A stretch of DNA of 64,000 nucleotides from Candidatus Parepulonipiscium sp. PG-Nuni2H_MBin01 (GTDB taxonomy: Bacteria; Bacillota; Clostridia; Lachnospirales; Cellulosilyticaceae), in NCBI GenBank assembly GCA_001994995.1, contig MDJM01000084.1:171-64170 (forward strand). Reading direction: 5' to 3'. Position numbers and translations under genes: made by a program. Within the stretch, counting starts at the first letter, position 1, and each line of letters opens with the position of its first letter. Positions 10,163 to 19,308 of the stretch are shown piece by piece. The notes below the pieces were generated by a model. It saw nothing but the letters and a program-made list of their open reading frames with translations. It searched no databases and had not been told where the DNA came from.

Positions 10163-11470
10163 CTAATTATTAAACTTTTTCCTGCTGTATAGTAGTAAGC
10201 ATATTAATATTATTGCACATATTAAACCGTATATAACCCACCGAAAGTAACTATTTGAAGTCATCCGATATACTATTTCTGGCAAATCCGGGATATCTTC
10301 TTGTTCAAACAAAGTAAAGACTAGCATATCAGCAGGTAGGCCGCTACCGCTATAATTATAATTTCCGTTACTTAATCTGTTAAACTCAATATTGCTATCA
10401 ATAATATATGGCATAGCTGGATTTACTAAAACATCAATATTTAAATTTCCAAATTGTGCCCAATGTGTAGCTGGCTCTAAAAAATAGATAATATTATATA
10501 CTGAGTATGAATTAATAGTGTTTTTACCTAAAGTTATAGGATACCTAACAGACACCTCCACAGTTTCTAACGGCTCAAAGCTAACTTGATAATCAAATAC
10601 TACTATTCTATCTTGTAGAGTAGACATATAGTTAGATTCATCAAAATAATATTCATTTGATTGGGATGTTAAAAAAAGCAGTTCTTCAAGCAACTGGTCA
10701 CTAACTTCAATCTGCGCCAGATTATATATTTGCTCAACTAAAATGTCCCTATAACTAACAGGAACCTGTGTTATTAAATGTGTAATATCTTCACCACTTT
10801 TGTTAGTAACTTGAATATTGTCCAATTGTTGGGCAGCAAAAAAATTAATATCCTCGTTATCGTAAATGTGCAAAATAATAGTGACACCATCATCCCCAAC
10901 GTAAGCAGTTGTAGCGTAATCTGCTATAAGATGCACATACTCTTCTTCATTTGCAAATTTTATCGTAATGTACATTTCCTCCATATCGTTTTCCATATCA
11001 TTTTCCACAGAATAATGTATATACGTTGAATCCACAAATTGCCGCTCACGTGAAATCATTTTTAAAATATTTTCCATTCTATATTCCCAATAATCTATTT
11101 CACGGGTATTTTGCATTTTATCACCCAAATATAAATCGATTGCAATAGGCTCCTTATTTACTAAAATCTCAACAGAATGGTCTTGATTTTCCAGATAACG
11201 ACGTACATTTATAATAGCCGGGAACATCATGTTTACTTCTAACACCTCATTAGTAGGGTTATACATTTGGTAAGTAGCAGTTGCTTCAAATCGGTGTTCA
11301 CCGCTAAAATCAAATACCAAATGCTCATCCAAAACTTGTATAGGGCAATCTTCATCTACCAAATACACTTCATAATTTTGATATGCTGACAATTGATATG
11401 CCGCTGCATTTGCAAAAGTTAACTCAGTAAATAACCCAAATGCCAGTGCTGTAAGTAATAATTTTTTCAT
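10163..11470 (-). CDS. Secreted protein with a C-terminal TM anchor, function unknown
   Basis: N-terminal signal MKKLLLTALAFGLFTELTFANA and a C-terminal hydrophobic helix followed by YSRKKFNN. I recognise no family motif. Confidence 0.55.
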   Translation of the reverse strand: MKKLLLTALAFGLFTELTFANAAAYQLSAYQNYEVYLVDEDCPIQVLDEHLVFDFSGEHRFEATATYQMYNPTNEVLEVNMMFPAIINVRRYLENQDHSVEILVNKEPIAIDLYLGDKMQNTREIDYWEYRMENILKMISRERQFVDSTYIHYSVENDMENDMEEMYITIKFANEEEYVHLIADYATTAYVGDDGVTIILHIYDNEDINFFAAQQLDNIQVTNKSGEDITHLITQVPVSYRDILVEQIYNLAQIEVSDQLLEELLFLTSQSNEYYFDESNYMSTLQDRIVVFDYQVSFEPLETVEVSVRYPITLGKNTINSYSVYNIIYFLEPATHWAQFGNLNIDVLVNPAMPYIIDSNIEFNRLSNGNYNYSGSGLPADMLVFTLFEQEDIPDLPEIVYRMTSNSYFRWVIYGLICAIILICLLLYSRKKFNN

Positions 11471-11604
11471 TGAAACATCTCCATTCTATACCTTATTATT
11501 AGTTAGACGATGGCGTAAATATTTTGTTCCATAAGATGGAAATATCTTTATCGCCTTGTCAACATTACTTTATTATAGTATCTTATTTAATTATGTGGTA
11601 GGAG

Positions 11605-12600
11605 TTGATAATATTGAAAATTAGATTTGCAATAGTTGGAAGTAGTTGGATTAGTGAAAAATTTATAGATGCTTTATCTCAAATCCCAGACACAAGTGTT
11701 AATGCCATTTACTCTAGAACACAAACTAGAGCAGATGAGTTTGCTAAAAAATACAATATAGCTTATACATTTACTGATTTAGAACAAATGGCCAAAAGTG
11801 ATGTATTTGACGCAGTTTATATAGCCTCCCCTCAAGCTTTTCATTATTCTCATGCATTAGTATGTATGAACAATAAAAAGCATGTTTTATGCGAAAAGCC
11901 ATTTGCAGCAACTATTAATCAGGTTGATGAAATGATAGAGTGCGCTAAATGCAATAATGTTATTTTAATGGAAGCTATTAAAAATTTATATGTACCAAAT
12001 TTGGAAATTATAAAAGAAACTTTACCTAAAATAGGAGTTGTCCGCACATATTATGCACAATTTTGTAGGCCTACTTCTGTATACGAACAATATAAAAAAG
12101 GAATTATCCCTAATATGTTTAAGCCTGAGCTAGCAAACGGCTCATTAGTTGATATTGGTGTATATTGTATTGCACCCATGGTGAGGCTATTTGGGGAACC
12201 CACGTCACTTTGTGCAACAGGACATATATTAGAAACAGGTGTTGATGCTGAAGGTACCATTACATTTAAATATAAAAACTTGACTGCTGTTATTATGCAT
12301 TCTAAAATGACAGTTTCATACACTAATTCAGAAATTAGAGGTGAAAATGGTACTATTTCTATAAATAAAATAAGTAACCTTAACCAAATTACTCTACACA
12401 AAGATGGGGAACTTACTATATTGGGGAAAGATGAAAACCCAAATGATTTATATTATGAAACGGTAGCTTTTGTAGAGTTAATAAAAAGTCAAGACTTTAC
12501 ACTTAGAGATAAGAGACTGAGCGAGTCTAGAATAGTGGTTAAGCTTATGCAAGAAGCTAGGGAACAAATTGGAGTCGTATATAAAGATATAGATAGATAG
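11605..12600 (+). CDS. Gfo/Idh/MocA family NAD(P)-dependent oxidoreductase
   Basis: N-terminal Rossmann segment IRFAIVGSSWISEKF and the EKP motif (VLCEKPFA). TTG start. Confidence 0.85.
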   Translation: MIILKIRFAIVGSSWISEKFIDALSQIPDTSVNAIYSRTQTRADEFAKKYNIAYTFTDLEQMAKSDVFDAVYIASPQAFHYSHALVCMNNKKHVLCEKPFAATINQVDEMIECAKCNNVILMEAIKNLYVPNLEIIKETLPKIGVVRTYYAQFCRPTSVYEQYKKGIIPNMFKPELANGSLVDIGVYCIAPMVRLFGEPTSLCATGHILETGVDAEGTITFKYKNLTAVIMHSKMTVSYTNSEIRGENGTISINKISNLNQITLHKDGELTILGKDENPNDLYYETVAFVELIKSQDFTLRDKRLSESRIVVKLMQEAREQIGVVYKDIDR

Positions 12601-12619
12601 ATAGAAAGGACAATTGACC

Positions 12620-13723
12620 ATGAGGCAAAATGAAAATAACGATGTATTGGATTTTTTTACAGAGATGTCCGACTATCAAGTTTCCGCTAAAGAGTTTTTT
12701 ACTGATACTCTATTAAAACTTCTAGAAAAGCACTTTGAATTATCAAAAACTATAATATTTTACTTTGATACATGTGGAAATTTTTTATCTTGGAAAGACA
12801 AATATTCTATATTAGTAAATTCCAGGTCACACCCTTATCACAATTTTGTAGATACGGATATAGTTAGGCATATTATTTATCGCGATGCACTTAGGGATGG
12901 CCTTAGTTATTTCAATGTCATCCCTAGAATATATAAATCTACAGATATTATAAGTTCTATCGATTATAACAATTCAACATATGTAAGGTTTTTACATGAT
13001 GTAATAGATGCGCATTATAGCGTTACAATGGCATTTGGCATAAATGCGTATATTCAATTAAGTATTTATAAAACTTTAGAAGAAGGAGATTTTACAGAAG
13101 AAGAACTTAGGTTTTTAAATAATGTATATATTTATATTGCTAATTTTTATAAAAACTATAAAAAATATGAGCAGGCTAATATAGTCTCAGCGTTGCAAAG
13201 TAATATTATAACATTAGGGCATCAAGCTTACATTATTATAGATGATTTTCTCCATATTTTAGGATATAACCAAATTGCCTATTACTATCTAAAAGATGTT
13301 TTAGGTTGCTTTATCACATCTAAATTTAATCAAGATACTGCATATAAGTGGATTATACTTATATTTGATAACGCGCAAGAAATAGATGAAAATATTAGAA
13401 TAACGACTATTGGAGAATATAAATTTAAAATTCATAGCTATGATCAAATATATTCTAATGGCATTATAGATAAGTATTATTGGATTACTATTTCTAAGCT
13501 AGAATGTGTAGCAAAAGCTATTAGCATAAATACAAAAGACCTATTAACGCCTACTGAAAGAAAGGTTGCAGAGCTTATATACAAAGGCTTAACCTATAAA
13601 GACATTGCTGATGAGTTGGTAGTAAGTTATCATACGATTAAAAGACATATACAAAACATATATATTAAATGCGAAGTTAACAGCAGATTTGAGCTTTCTA
13701 AATGGCTAGAAAAAAATAGATAG
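12620..13723 (+). CDS. LuxR-family transcriptional regulator with an uncharacterised ~300 aa N-terminal domain
   Basis: C-terminal HTH: LTPTERKVAELIYKGLTYKDIADELVVSYHTIKRHIQNIYIKCEV. The ATG at 12620 is better spaced from GAAAGGA than the TTG at 12614. Confidence 0.8.
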   Translation: MRQNENNDVLDFFTEMSDYQVSAKEFFTDTLLKLLEKHFELSKTIIFYFDTCGNFLSWKDKYSILVNSRSHPYHNFVDTDIVRHIIYRDALRDGLSYFNVIPRIYKSTDIISSIDYNNSTYVRFLHDVIDAHYSVTMAFGINAYIQLSIYKTLEEGDFTEEELRFLNNVYIYIANFYKNYKKYEQANIVSALQSNIITLGHQAYIIIDDFLHILGYNQIAYYYLKDVLGCFITSKFNQDTAYKWIILIFDNAQEIDENIRITTIGEYKFKIHSYDQIYSNGIIDKYYWITISKLECVAKAISINTKDLLTPTERKVAELIYKGLTYKDIADELVVSYHTIKRHIQNIYIKCEVNSRFELSKWLEKNR

Positions 13724-13749
13724 AACCGATTTTAAAATCGGTCTTTTTT
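13723..13749 (+). terminator. Rho-independent terminator after the LuxR-type gene
   Basis: GAACCGATTTTAAAATCGGTC hairpin followed by TTTTTT. Confidence 0.7.
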
Positions 13750-14081
13750 GTGTGGAAAAATTTAAGCGCTGAAGTTTACAACATTATTTATAGGTATAGT
13801 ATTTTTCTCAATCAAACGGGAAACAATACACCAATCATCATTTTTATATAAATTTAGCTACAAATTTGAAATCTCTATAGATTTTTTTGCACATTTTTAA
13901 TAATATATAGGGAGTATTTCTATAGTATATATAGCAATTTATTAAAAGATAGGTAAAGTTACTATTAATAAATGGGTATAAATCCTGATTTAAAGTATTA
14001 ATTTTATCTGATATAATTTTACTAAATCTTGGCAAATATAAGAAAACTATTTCGTTAATGAATATTTAAGGAGGCGATAAC

Positions 14082-15032
14082 TTGGAGCATAAAGGAGTTA
14101 TACTTAATATTCAGCATTTCACTATTCATGATGGTCCAGGTATTCGTACCGAATTATTTTTAAAAGGCTGCCCTATGCGGTGTAAATGGTGTAGCAACCC
14201 GGAGAGTTGGTTACACCATATAGAGCCTGGTGTTTATAGGTCAAAATGTATATTAGAAACTAAATGCGGTTCTTGTAAAGATATATGTCCTGATAAAGAT
14301 ATATTAAAATTTCATGATGGTAAAATAAGCTCTATAGATAGAACAAAATGTACTAATTGTCTTTTATGCAGCATGGAATGTCCTTCGGAAGCTATTAAAC
14401 AATGGGGCAAACAAATGTCAGTTGAACAGTGTATGAAAGAAATTTTAAAAGATAAAGGATATTACGACCGCTCTGGTGGAGGGGTTACAGTATCAGGTGG
14501 AGAGCCTCTTATGCAAAGTGAATTTGTATTAGAGCTTTTTAAGGCATGTAAAAAAGTTGGAATTCATACTTGCTGTGAGTCTAGCTTTTGTACTAACTGG
14601 GAAGCTATTGAAAAAATTTTACCTTATACTGACCTTATAATTTCGGACATTAAGCATATGGACACTAATGTGCATAAAGAATATACAGGAATTGATAACA
14701 AGAAAATTTTAGAAAACTTAAGTAAGTTATGTACTACTAATGTAGATTTAATTTTACGTATCCCTGTAATTCCTATGGTAAATGATACCCACGAAAATAT
14801 GGCGGCTACAGCAGATTATATTATAGATGAATTACATGGTAGGGTTAGAACACTACAGCTGTTGAGCTTTATGAGGCTAGGCGAGGAAAAATACCATTCG
14901 TTAGGATTACCATATCAAATGGAAAATACTAAAATAAATAGGACATCATTTCAGAAACGAATTAATGAATTTGCTGATTATTTTAATGGCCGGGGGATTA
15001 ACTGTTTAGTAGGTACGAAGGAAAAGGATTAG
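14082..15032 (+). CDS. Glycyl-radical enzyme activating enzyme (radical SAM, with two extra ferredoxin-type clusters)
   Basis: GPGIRTELFLKGCPMRCKWCSNPES (CX3CX2C). Also CILETKCGSCKDICP and CTNCLLCSMECP. TTG start after AAGGAGG. Confidence 0.9.
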   Translation: MEHKGVILNIQHFTIHDGPGIRTELFLKGCPMRCKWCSNPESWLHHIEPGVYRSKCILETKCGSCKDICPDKDILKFHDGKISSIDRTKCTNCLLCSMECPSEAIKQWGKQMSVEQCMKEILKDKGYYDRSGGGVTVSGGEPLMQSEFVLELFKACKKVGIHTCCESSFCTNWEAIEKILPYTDLIISDIKHMDTNVHKEYTGIDNKKILENLSKLCTTNVDLILRIPVIPMVNDTHENMAATADYIIDELHGRVRTLQLLSFMRLGEEKYHSLGLPYQMENTKINRTSFQKRINEFADYFNGRGINCLVGTKEKD

Positions 15033-15059
15033 ATTAATTTTTGCAAGGGAGGATTTTAA

Positions 15060-17549
15060 ATGAATAGTGATATAAAATGTGCAAGCGGAACACAACCTTT
15101 TGACCAAACCTATAGTTTAGGATACCAAGTAAATCATGAAGATTGGTCACCATTTCCACGTGTAAACCGCCTTAGGCAAGCTTTTTTAGATAGGCCATAT
15201 GAAGTAGATGTAGAAAGATTAAGGTTAGTTACAAATTCATATAAGAAACACGAGGATTTACCTCGTAAGTTACAGTGTGCATATGCATTTGAAAATGTTT
15301 TATTAAATGCAACTTTATATATTTACGACGAAGATTTAATTTTAGGCGAAATTGCAGCGCCAGCTAAAGCATCACCTATATATCCTGAGTTTTCAGTAAA
15401 ATGGATTATAGATGAAATACTGCACCACCCATTTGAAGAGCGTGCAAACGACCAGTTCTATATTCGTAGTGATGAAGATAGAAAAGAAATCGTAGAGCTT
15501 TGTAGGTATTGGGAAGGAAAGACTGTTGATGACCTTATTAGCGCTAGGTTAGAAGAGTCGCAAACGGTTGGCTCTCAGGTTGGAGATAAAGTGTTCCAAA
15601 CTAACGTTTATCAATATGCAGGAGTAGGCCATCTCGCTATGGATTATTTTATGCTAATGGACATTGGTTTTGATGGTATGATTGATAAAGCAAAAGTGGC
15701 GCAAAGTAAGCTATCTAAAAAAGACCCAGAATATGCAGAAAAAAGAGATTTTTATAAAGCAATGCTTATTATGTTAGAAGCATCTAAAAAGTATATAGAA
15801 CGTTATGGCAAGCTAGCAGCTGATATGGCACAGACAGAGCTTGCGCCTAAAAGAAAAGAAGAGCTGTTAGCAATGTCAGCTAACTGTTATGAGATTGCAG
15901 GTCCAGCGCCTAAAACTTTTTGGCAAGGTATACAATTGTTTAACTTTGCAACTACACTTACCCAGATAGAAAGTAATGGTCACTCAATTTCCTATGGGCG
16001 TATGGACCAATGGCTATACAGTCTTTATGAAGCGGACATTAAACAAAATACTTTAACAAAGGAATTTGCTCTTGAACTTCTTGAGGTGCAGTTTGTTAAA
16101 ATGAATAACCCTACTAAATTAAAAGATAAAGGGACTGTACTAGTGCGCAATGGTAGAGGTTTTGGTGGCGAAAGTCTTACTATTGGTGGGGTGGATAGCG
16201 AAGGGAATGATGTTACTAACGATTTAACAATGCTAATCTTAGAAGGTTCTGCGCATACTCGTATGATGAACCCTTGGGTATGTGTTCGTATGCATGAGAA
16301 TACACCTTATGAGTTAAAAGTTAAAGCAGTTGAGTGTATTCGTGCTGGATATGGGCATCCAAAATTATTTAATGATGAACCAGCTATTAAAGCTATGATG
16401 AGAAAAGGAATGCCTATTTGTGAAGCTAGAGATTATATTGTAGTAGGCTGTGTAGAACCAAGTTTAGCGGGTAAAGAATTTGGTTGGCATGATGCGGCAT
16501 ATGTTAATACTGCAAAAATGTTAGAAATGGTAGTAAACGGCGGTATGTGTTTAGATGGTGGGGTGTTTGGTAAGCAAATAGGGCCTAATACTGGTACTTT
16601 AGAAACTTACAAAAGTTTTGATGAGGTATTAGAGAGTGTAGATAAACAGTTTGATTATTGGTGTGACCAAATGTGCAGTAGCTTAAATATAATTGAGGAT
16701 GCACATAAACTGCGTAAACCAACCCCATATGTATCAGCATTTTTTCCTCATTGTATTGAAACTGGTAAAGATTTATCCGAGGGCGGTGCTAAGTATAATG
16801 GAACGGGGCCACAAGCTAGTGGGATAGCTACATGTGCAGATAGTTTAGCGACTATTAAGCAATTAGTATTTGATGAGAAACGTTATACAGGTGCTCAACT
16901 GCTTCAAGCTATTAAAGATAACTGGGAAGGACATGAGAAATTATATGCTTTAGTAAATAGCTCAAAAATCCATCACTATGGAAACGATGATGATTATGCA
17001 GATGAATTATTTAAATTTATGTTTGAGTGTTATTGTAAAAACATAAATTATCGCAAAAATTTAAGAGGCGGTAACTTTAGCCCCGGTGTATATTCGGTTA
17101 ATGCTAATGTAGGAATGGGCTTATTTACTAATGCCTCTTTAGATGGGCGTTTTAAAGCTGAAGCTATTTCAGATAATATGGGACCTGTACATACTGATGG
17201 CGGTTCCCATGATATTTGTGGCCCTACAGCCTTAGCTAATTCAGTAAGTAAGGTTGACCACAGTTTAGCAACTAACGGAACCTTATTAAATATGAGATTT
17301 CCGCAAGAAGCAGTTGCTGGTACAGAAGGTAGAGATAACTTAATAAGTTTTATTGATGAATATATGTCAAAAGCACCTATGCACGTTCAGTTTAACATAA
17401 TGAACGTAGCTACTATGAAAGCGGCACAGAAAAATCCAGAAAATTATAAAGATATGTTGGTTAGAGTAGCTGGGTACAGCGCATACTTTGTGGAGCTTGG
17501 TAAGCCTTTACAAAAAGACCTAATACAACGTACAGAGCTTAATTTTTAA
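15060..17549 (+). CDS. Glycyl-radical enzyme, PFL2 / diol-dehydratase-like clade. The substrate is unresolved: DHPS or glycerol dehydratase are the candidates.
   Basis: 829 aa. C-terminal Gly-radical motif MLVRVAGYSAYF and Cys loop VVGCVEPS. GVGHLAMDY, NGHSISYGR and FGWHDAAY resemble my recollection of dehydratase-type GRE active-site motifs. Confidence 0.88.
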   Translation: MNSDIKCASGTQPFDQTYSLGYQVNHEDWSPFPRVNRLRQAFLDRPYEVDVERLRLVTNSYKKHEDLPRKLQCAYAFENVLLNATLYIYDEDLILGEIAAPAKASPIYPEFSVKWIIDEILHHPFEERANDQFYIRSDEDRKEIVELCRYWEGKTVDDLISARLEESQTVGSQVGDKVFQTNVYQYAGVGHLAMDYFMLMDIGFDGMIDKAKVAQSKLSKKDPEYAEKRDFYKAMLIMLEASKKYIERYGKLAADMAQTELAPKRKEELLAMSANCYEIAGPAPKTFWQGIQLFNFATTLTQIESNGHSISYGRMDQWLYSLYEADIKQNTLTKEFALELLEVQFVKMNNPTKLKDKGTVLVRNGRGFGGESLTIGGVDSEGNDVTNDLTMLILEGSAHTRMMNPWVCVRMHENTPYELKVKAVECIRAGYGHPKLFNDEPAIKAMMRKGMPICEARDYIVVGCVEPSLAGKEFGWHDAAYVNTAKMLEMVVNGGMCLDGGVFGKQIGPNTGTLETYKSFDEVLESVDKQFDYWCDQMCSSLNIIEDAHKLRKPTPYVSAFFPHCIETGKDLSEGGAKYNGTGPQASGIATCADSLATIKQLVFDEKRYTGAQLLQAIKDNWEGHEKLYALVNSSKIHHYGNDDDYADELFKFMFECYCKNINYRKNLRGGNFSPGVYSVNANVGMGLFTNASLDGRFKAEAISDNMGPVHTDGGSHDICGPTALANSVSKVDHSLATNGTLLNMRFPQEAVAGTEGRDNLISFIDEYMSKAPMHVQFNIMNVATMKAAQKNPENYKDMLVRVAGYSAYFVELGKPLQKDLIQRTELNF

Positions 17550-17559
17550 TAACTTTTAC

Positions 17560-17720
17560 TCTCCTCATAAGCGGTTATGCCTAAGAGGGGAGCCTTAGAT
17601 TTATATGGGGTACAGGGGCAATGCCCCTGACTGTGTCCCTTCAAAAACATCGGCCGCCTTAGTATTTATTGCTATAAAAGGTTGATTGAAAAGTTTTCAT
17701 TTGTTAAGTTAACAAGACCA
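17560..17720 (+). repeat. Intergenic repeat family, copy A (full length)
   Basis: Hairpin CAGGGGCAATGCCCCTG (17613-17629). The core CTTAGTATTTAT...AAAAGGTTGATTGAAAAGTTTTCATTTGTTAAGTTAACAAGACC ends about 25 nt before the RBS of the Fe-ADH gene. It is near-identical to the cores at 45928-45987 and 62124-62178. Confidence 0.75.
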
Positions 17721-17745
17721 GACTTTATTATAGGAGGAATATATA

Positions 17746-18888
17746 ATGAAAGATTTTAGATTTAAAATACCACAAAATATTGAATTTGGCTTAGGAAGTT
17801 TAAATAAACTACCACAATTATTAGAACAAAATAATTCACAACATGTACTGCTTATATCGGATAAAGGGTTAGAAAGTATTGGGATAGTTAAAAAAGTACA
17901 AGATATAATAAGCGCTAGTAATATTCAATGCACCACATTTTTGGACATAGACCCAAATCCAACTATTGAAATGGTCGACGCGGCAGCAAGTTTATATAAA
18001 GAATGCGGTGCTACAAGTATAGTTGCTCTTGGAGGCGGAAGCCCTATCGACGTTGCAAAAGCAGTGGGAGTACTTGTTGTTTATGGAGGTAAAATTACAG
18101 ATTATGAGGGTATGCACAAAGTGCCTGGACCAATTGTACCTATGATAGTAATTCCAACTACAGCTGGGACAGGTAGTGAAGCTACAGCTTCAGCAGTAAT
18201 AACAGATGTAACAAGAAATTATAAGATGACTGTATTTACTTATGAAATTTTACCTAAATACGCAATACTAGACCCAGAGCTTATTATGACTGCACCAGCA
18301 TCAATTGCGGCGGCGTGTGGTGTAGATGCATTTATTCATGCGATGGAAGCTTATTTATCTCGAAATGCATCCCCATTTTCAGATGCTATGGCTGAAAAAG
18401 GGATGGAATTAATCGGCAAAAGTTTAAGGCAGTTTGTGGCTGATAGAACAAACGTTGAAGCGGCGTGTAATATGATGGCAGGTTCTAATTTTGCCGGAAT
18501 TTCATTTGCTTGGGCAAGGCTTGGAAATATACATGCTATGAGTCATCCTGTAAGCGCTTATTTCCATGTGCCACATGGTATTGCTAATGCTATACTTATG
18601 CCTACAATAGTTGAGTACAACGCACTGGCTGATGATGGTAGATATGAGAAAATTTATAACTATATAAGTAAAGAGTCTGTTAGCAATTTTAAACCACAAA
18701 TGCTAGTAGAGGCGTTAAGACAGCTAAATGAAGAACTTGGTATTCCTAATTCATTATCAGCAGTAGGCGTAACCGAGGATTTAATCGAAACAATGGCCAA
18801 TGATGCTATGGCTAGCGGAAATATCCTTGCTAATCCAAGACAGGGTAATGTTAAAAATCTTATAGAGCTTTACAAAAAAGCCTTATAA
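17746..18888 (+). CDS. Iron-containing (group III) alcohol dehydrogenase, DhaT/FucO-like aldehyde reductase
   Basis: GGGSPIDVAKA and the His-rich metal site HAMSHPVSAYFHVPHG. 380 aa. RBS AGGAGG. Confidence 0.9.
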   Translation: MKDFRFKIPQNIEFGLGSLNKLPQLLEQNNSQHVLLISDKGLESIGIVKKVQDIISASNIQCTTFLDIDPNPTIEMVDAAASLYKECGATSIVALGGGSPIDVAKAVGVLVVYGGKITDYEGMHKVPGPIVPMIVIPTTAGTGSEATASAVITDVTRNYKMTVFTYEILPKYAILDPELIMTAPASIAAACGVDAFIHAMEAYLSRNASPFSDAMAEKGMELIGKSLRQFVADRTNVEAACNMMAGSNFAGISFAWARLGNIHAMSHPVSAYFHVPHGIANAILMPTIVEYNALADDGRYEKIYNYISKESVSNFKPQMLVEALRQLNEELGIPNSLSAVGVTEDLIETMANDAMASGNILANPRQGNVKNLIELYKKAL

Positions 18889-19060
18889 GTAGTAAAATAC
18901 TACAAAATAATAGTAGTATATATCTATAATTTGTAGAATTTTATCTGTAAATTGTTTTAAAAATTATAATATAATTAAATTATACTAGCTGATATGTCAT
19001 TTATACATGAAATTATAGTTAATTATTAGGATGAATTTACTTTAAAATTTACAATCAGTG

Positions 19061-19085
19061 TAGGAATATTTAACGTTAATTCCTA
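19061..19085. promoter_or_regulatory. Inverted repeat TAGGAAT-N11-ATTCCTA centred on AACGTT, a candidate operator
   Basis: Read directly. It sits about 50 bp upstream of the predicted -35 of the transporter/sulfo-TAL operon promoter. Confidence 0.3.
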
Positions 19086-19133
19086 TAAAAAAACACTAAT
19101 ATTACTAAAATTTAGAAAATCTTACTAAAACAC

Positions 19134-19162
19134 TTGCATATTTCAACTATAGGATATATAAT
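19134..19162 (+). promoter_or_regulatory. Sigma-A-like promoter: TTGCAT, 17-nt spacer, TATAAT
   Basis: TTGCAT at 19134-19139 and TATAAT at 19157-19162 with an exact 17-nt spacer, inside a 408-nt AT-rich gap ahead of tctC. Confidence 0.5.
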
Positions 19163-19308
19163 AATATTAGATTTGTTGCTCAAATTTACTAATTAATATC
19201 TACTATATATTAAATAATACAACAAATTTTACAATTAAAATATCTTGCCCCACAAAAATATAAGGGGGAGATAGAGTTGCCATATTTGGCTAAGAAATGG
19301 AGGAATTT

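Noticed and set aside
13844-14035. 63-aa minus-strand ORF in the gap upstream of the GRE activase
   Set aside because: It lies in very AT-rich promoter DNA, has no RBS, and its I/N/K/Y-rich product is typical of random AT-rich ORFs.
15060-17549. Pyruvate formate-lyase call for the glycyl-radical enzyme
   Set aside because: The protein is 829 aa with a single-Cys GCVEP loop rather than the PFL Cys-Cys loop. Its activase has extra ferredoxin clusters. Its neighbours are an Fe-ADH and sulfo-sugar genes. All of this points to the PFL2/dehydratase-lyase clade, not PFL.
17701-17715. Integron attC or recombination core-site interpretation of TTGTTAAGTTAACAA
   Set aside because: GTTAAGT fits GTTRRRY, but the partner half does not fit RYYYAAC. 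There is no integrase, and the repeat copies are not arranged as cassettes.
14082-18888. Bacterial microcompartment (pdu/grp-type) locus
   Set aside because: No BMC shell (PduA/EutM-like ~90-aa or pentamer) genes occur anywhere in the window.
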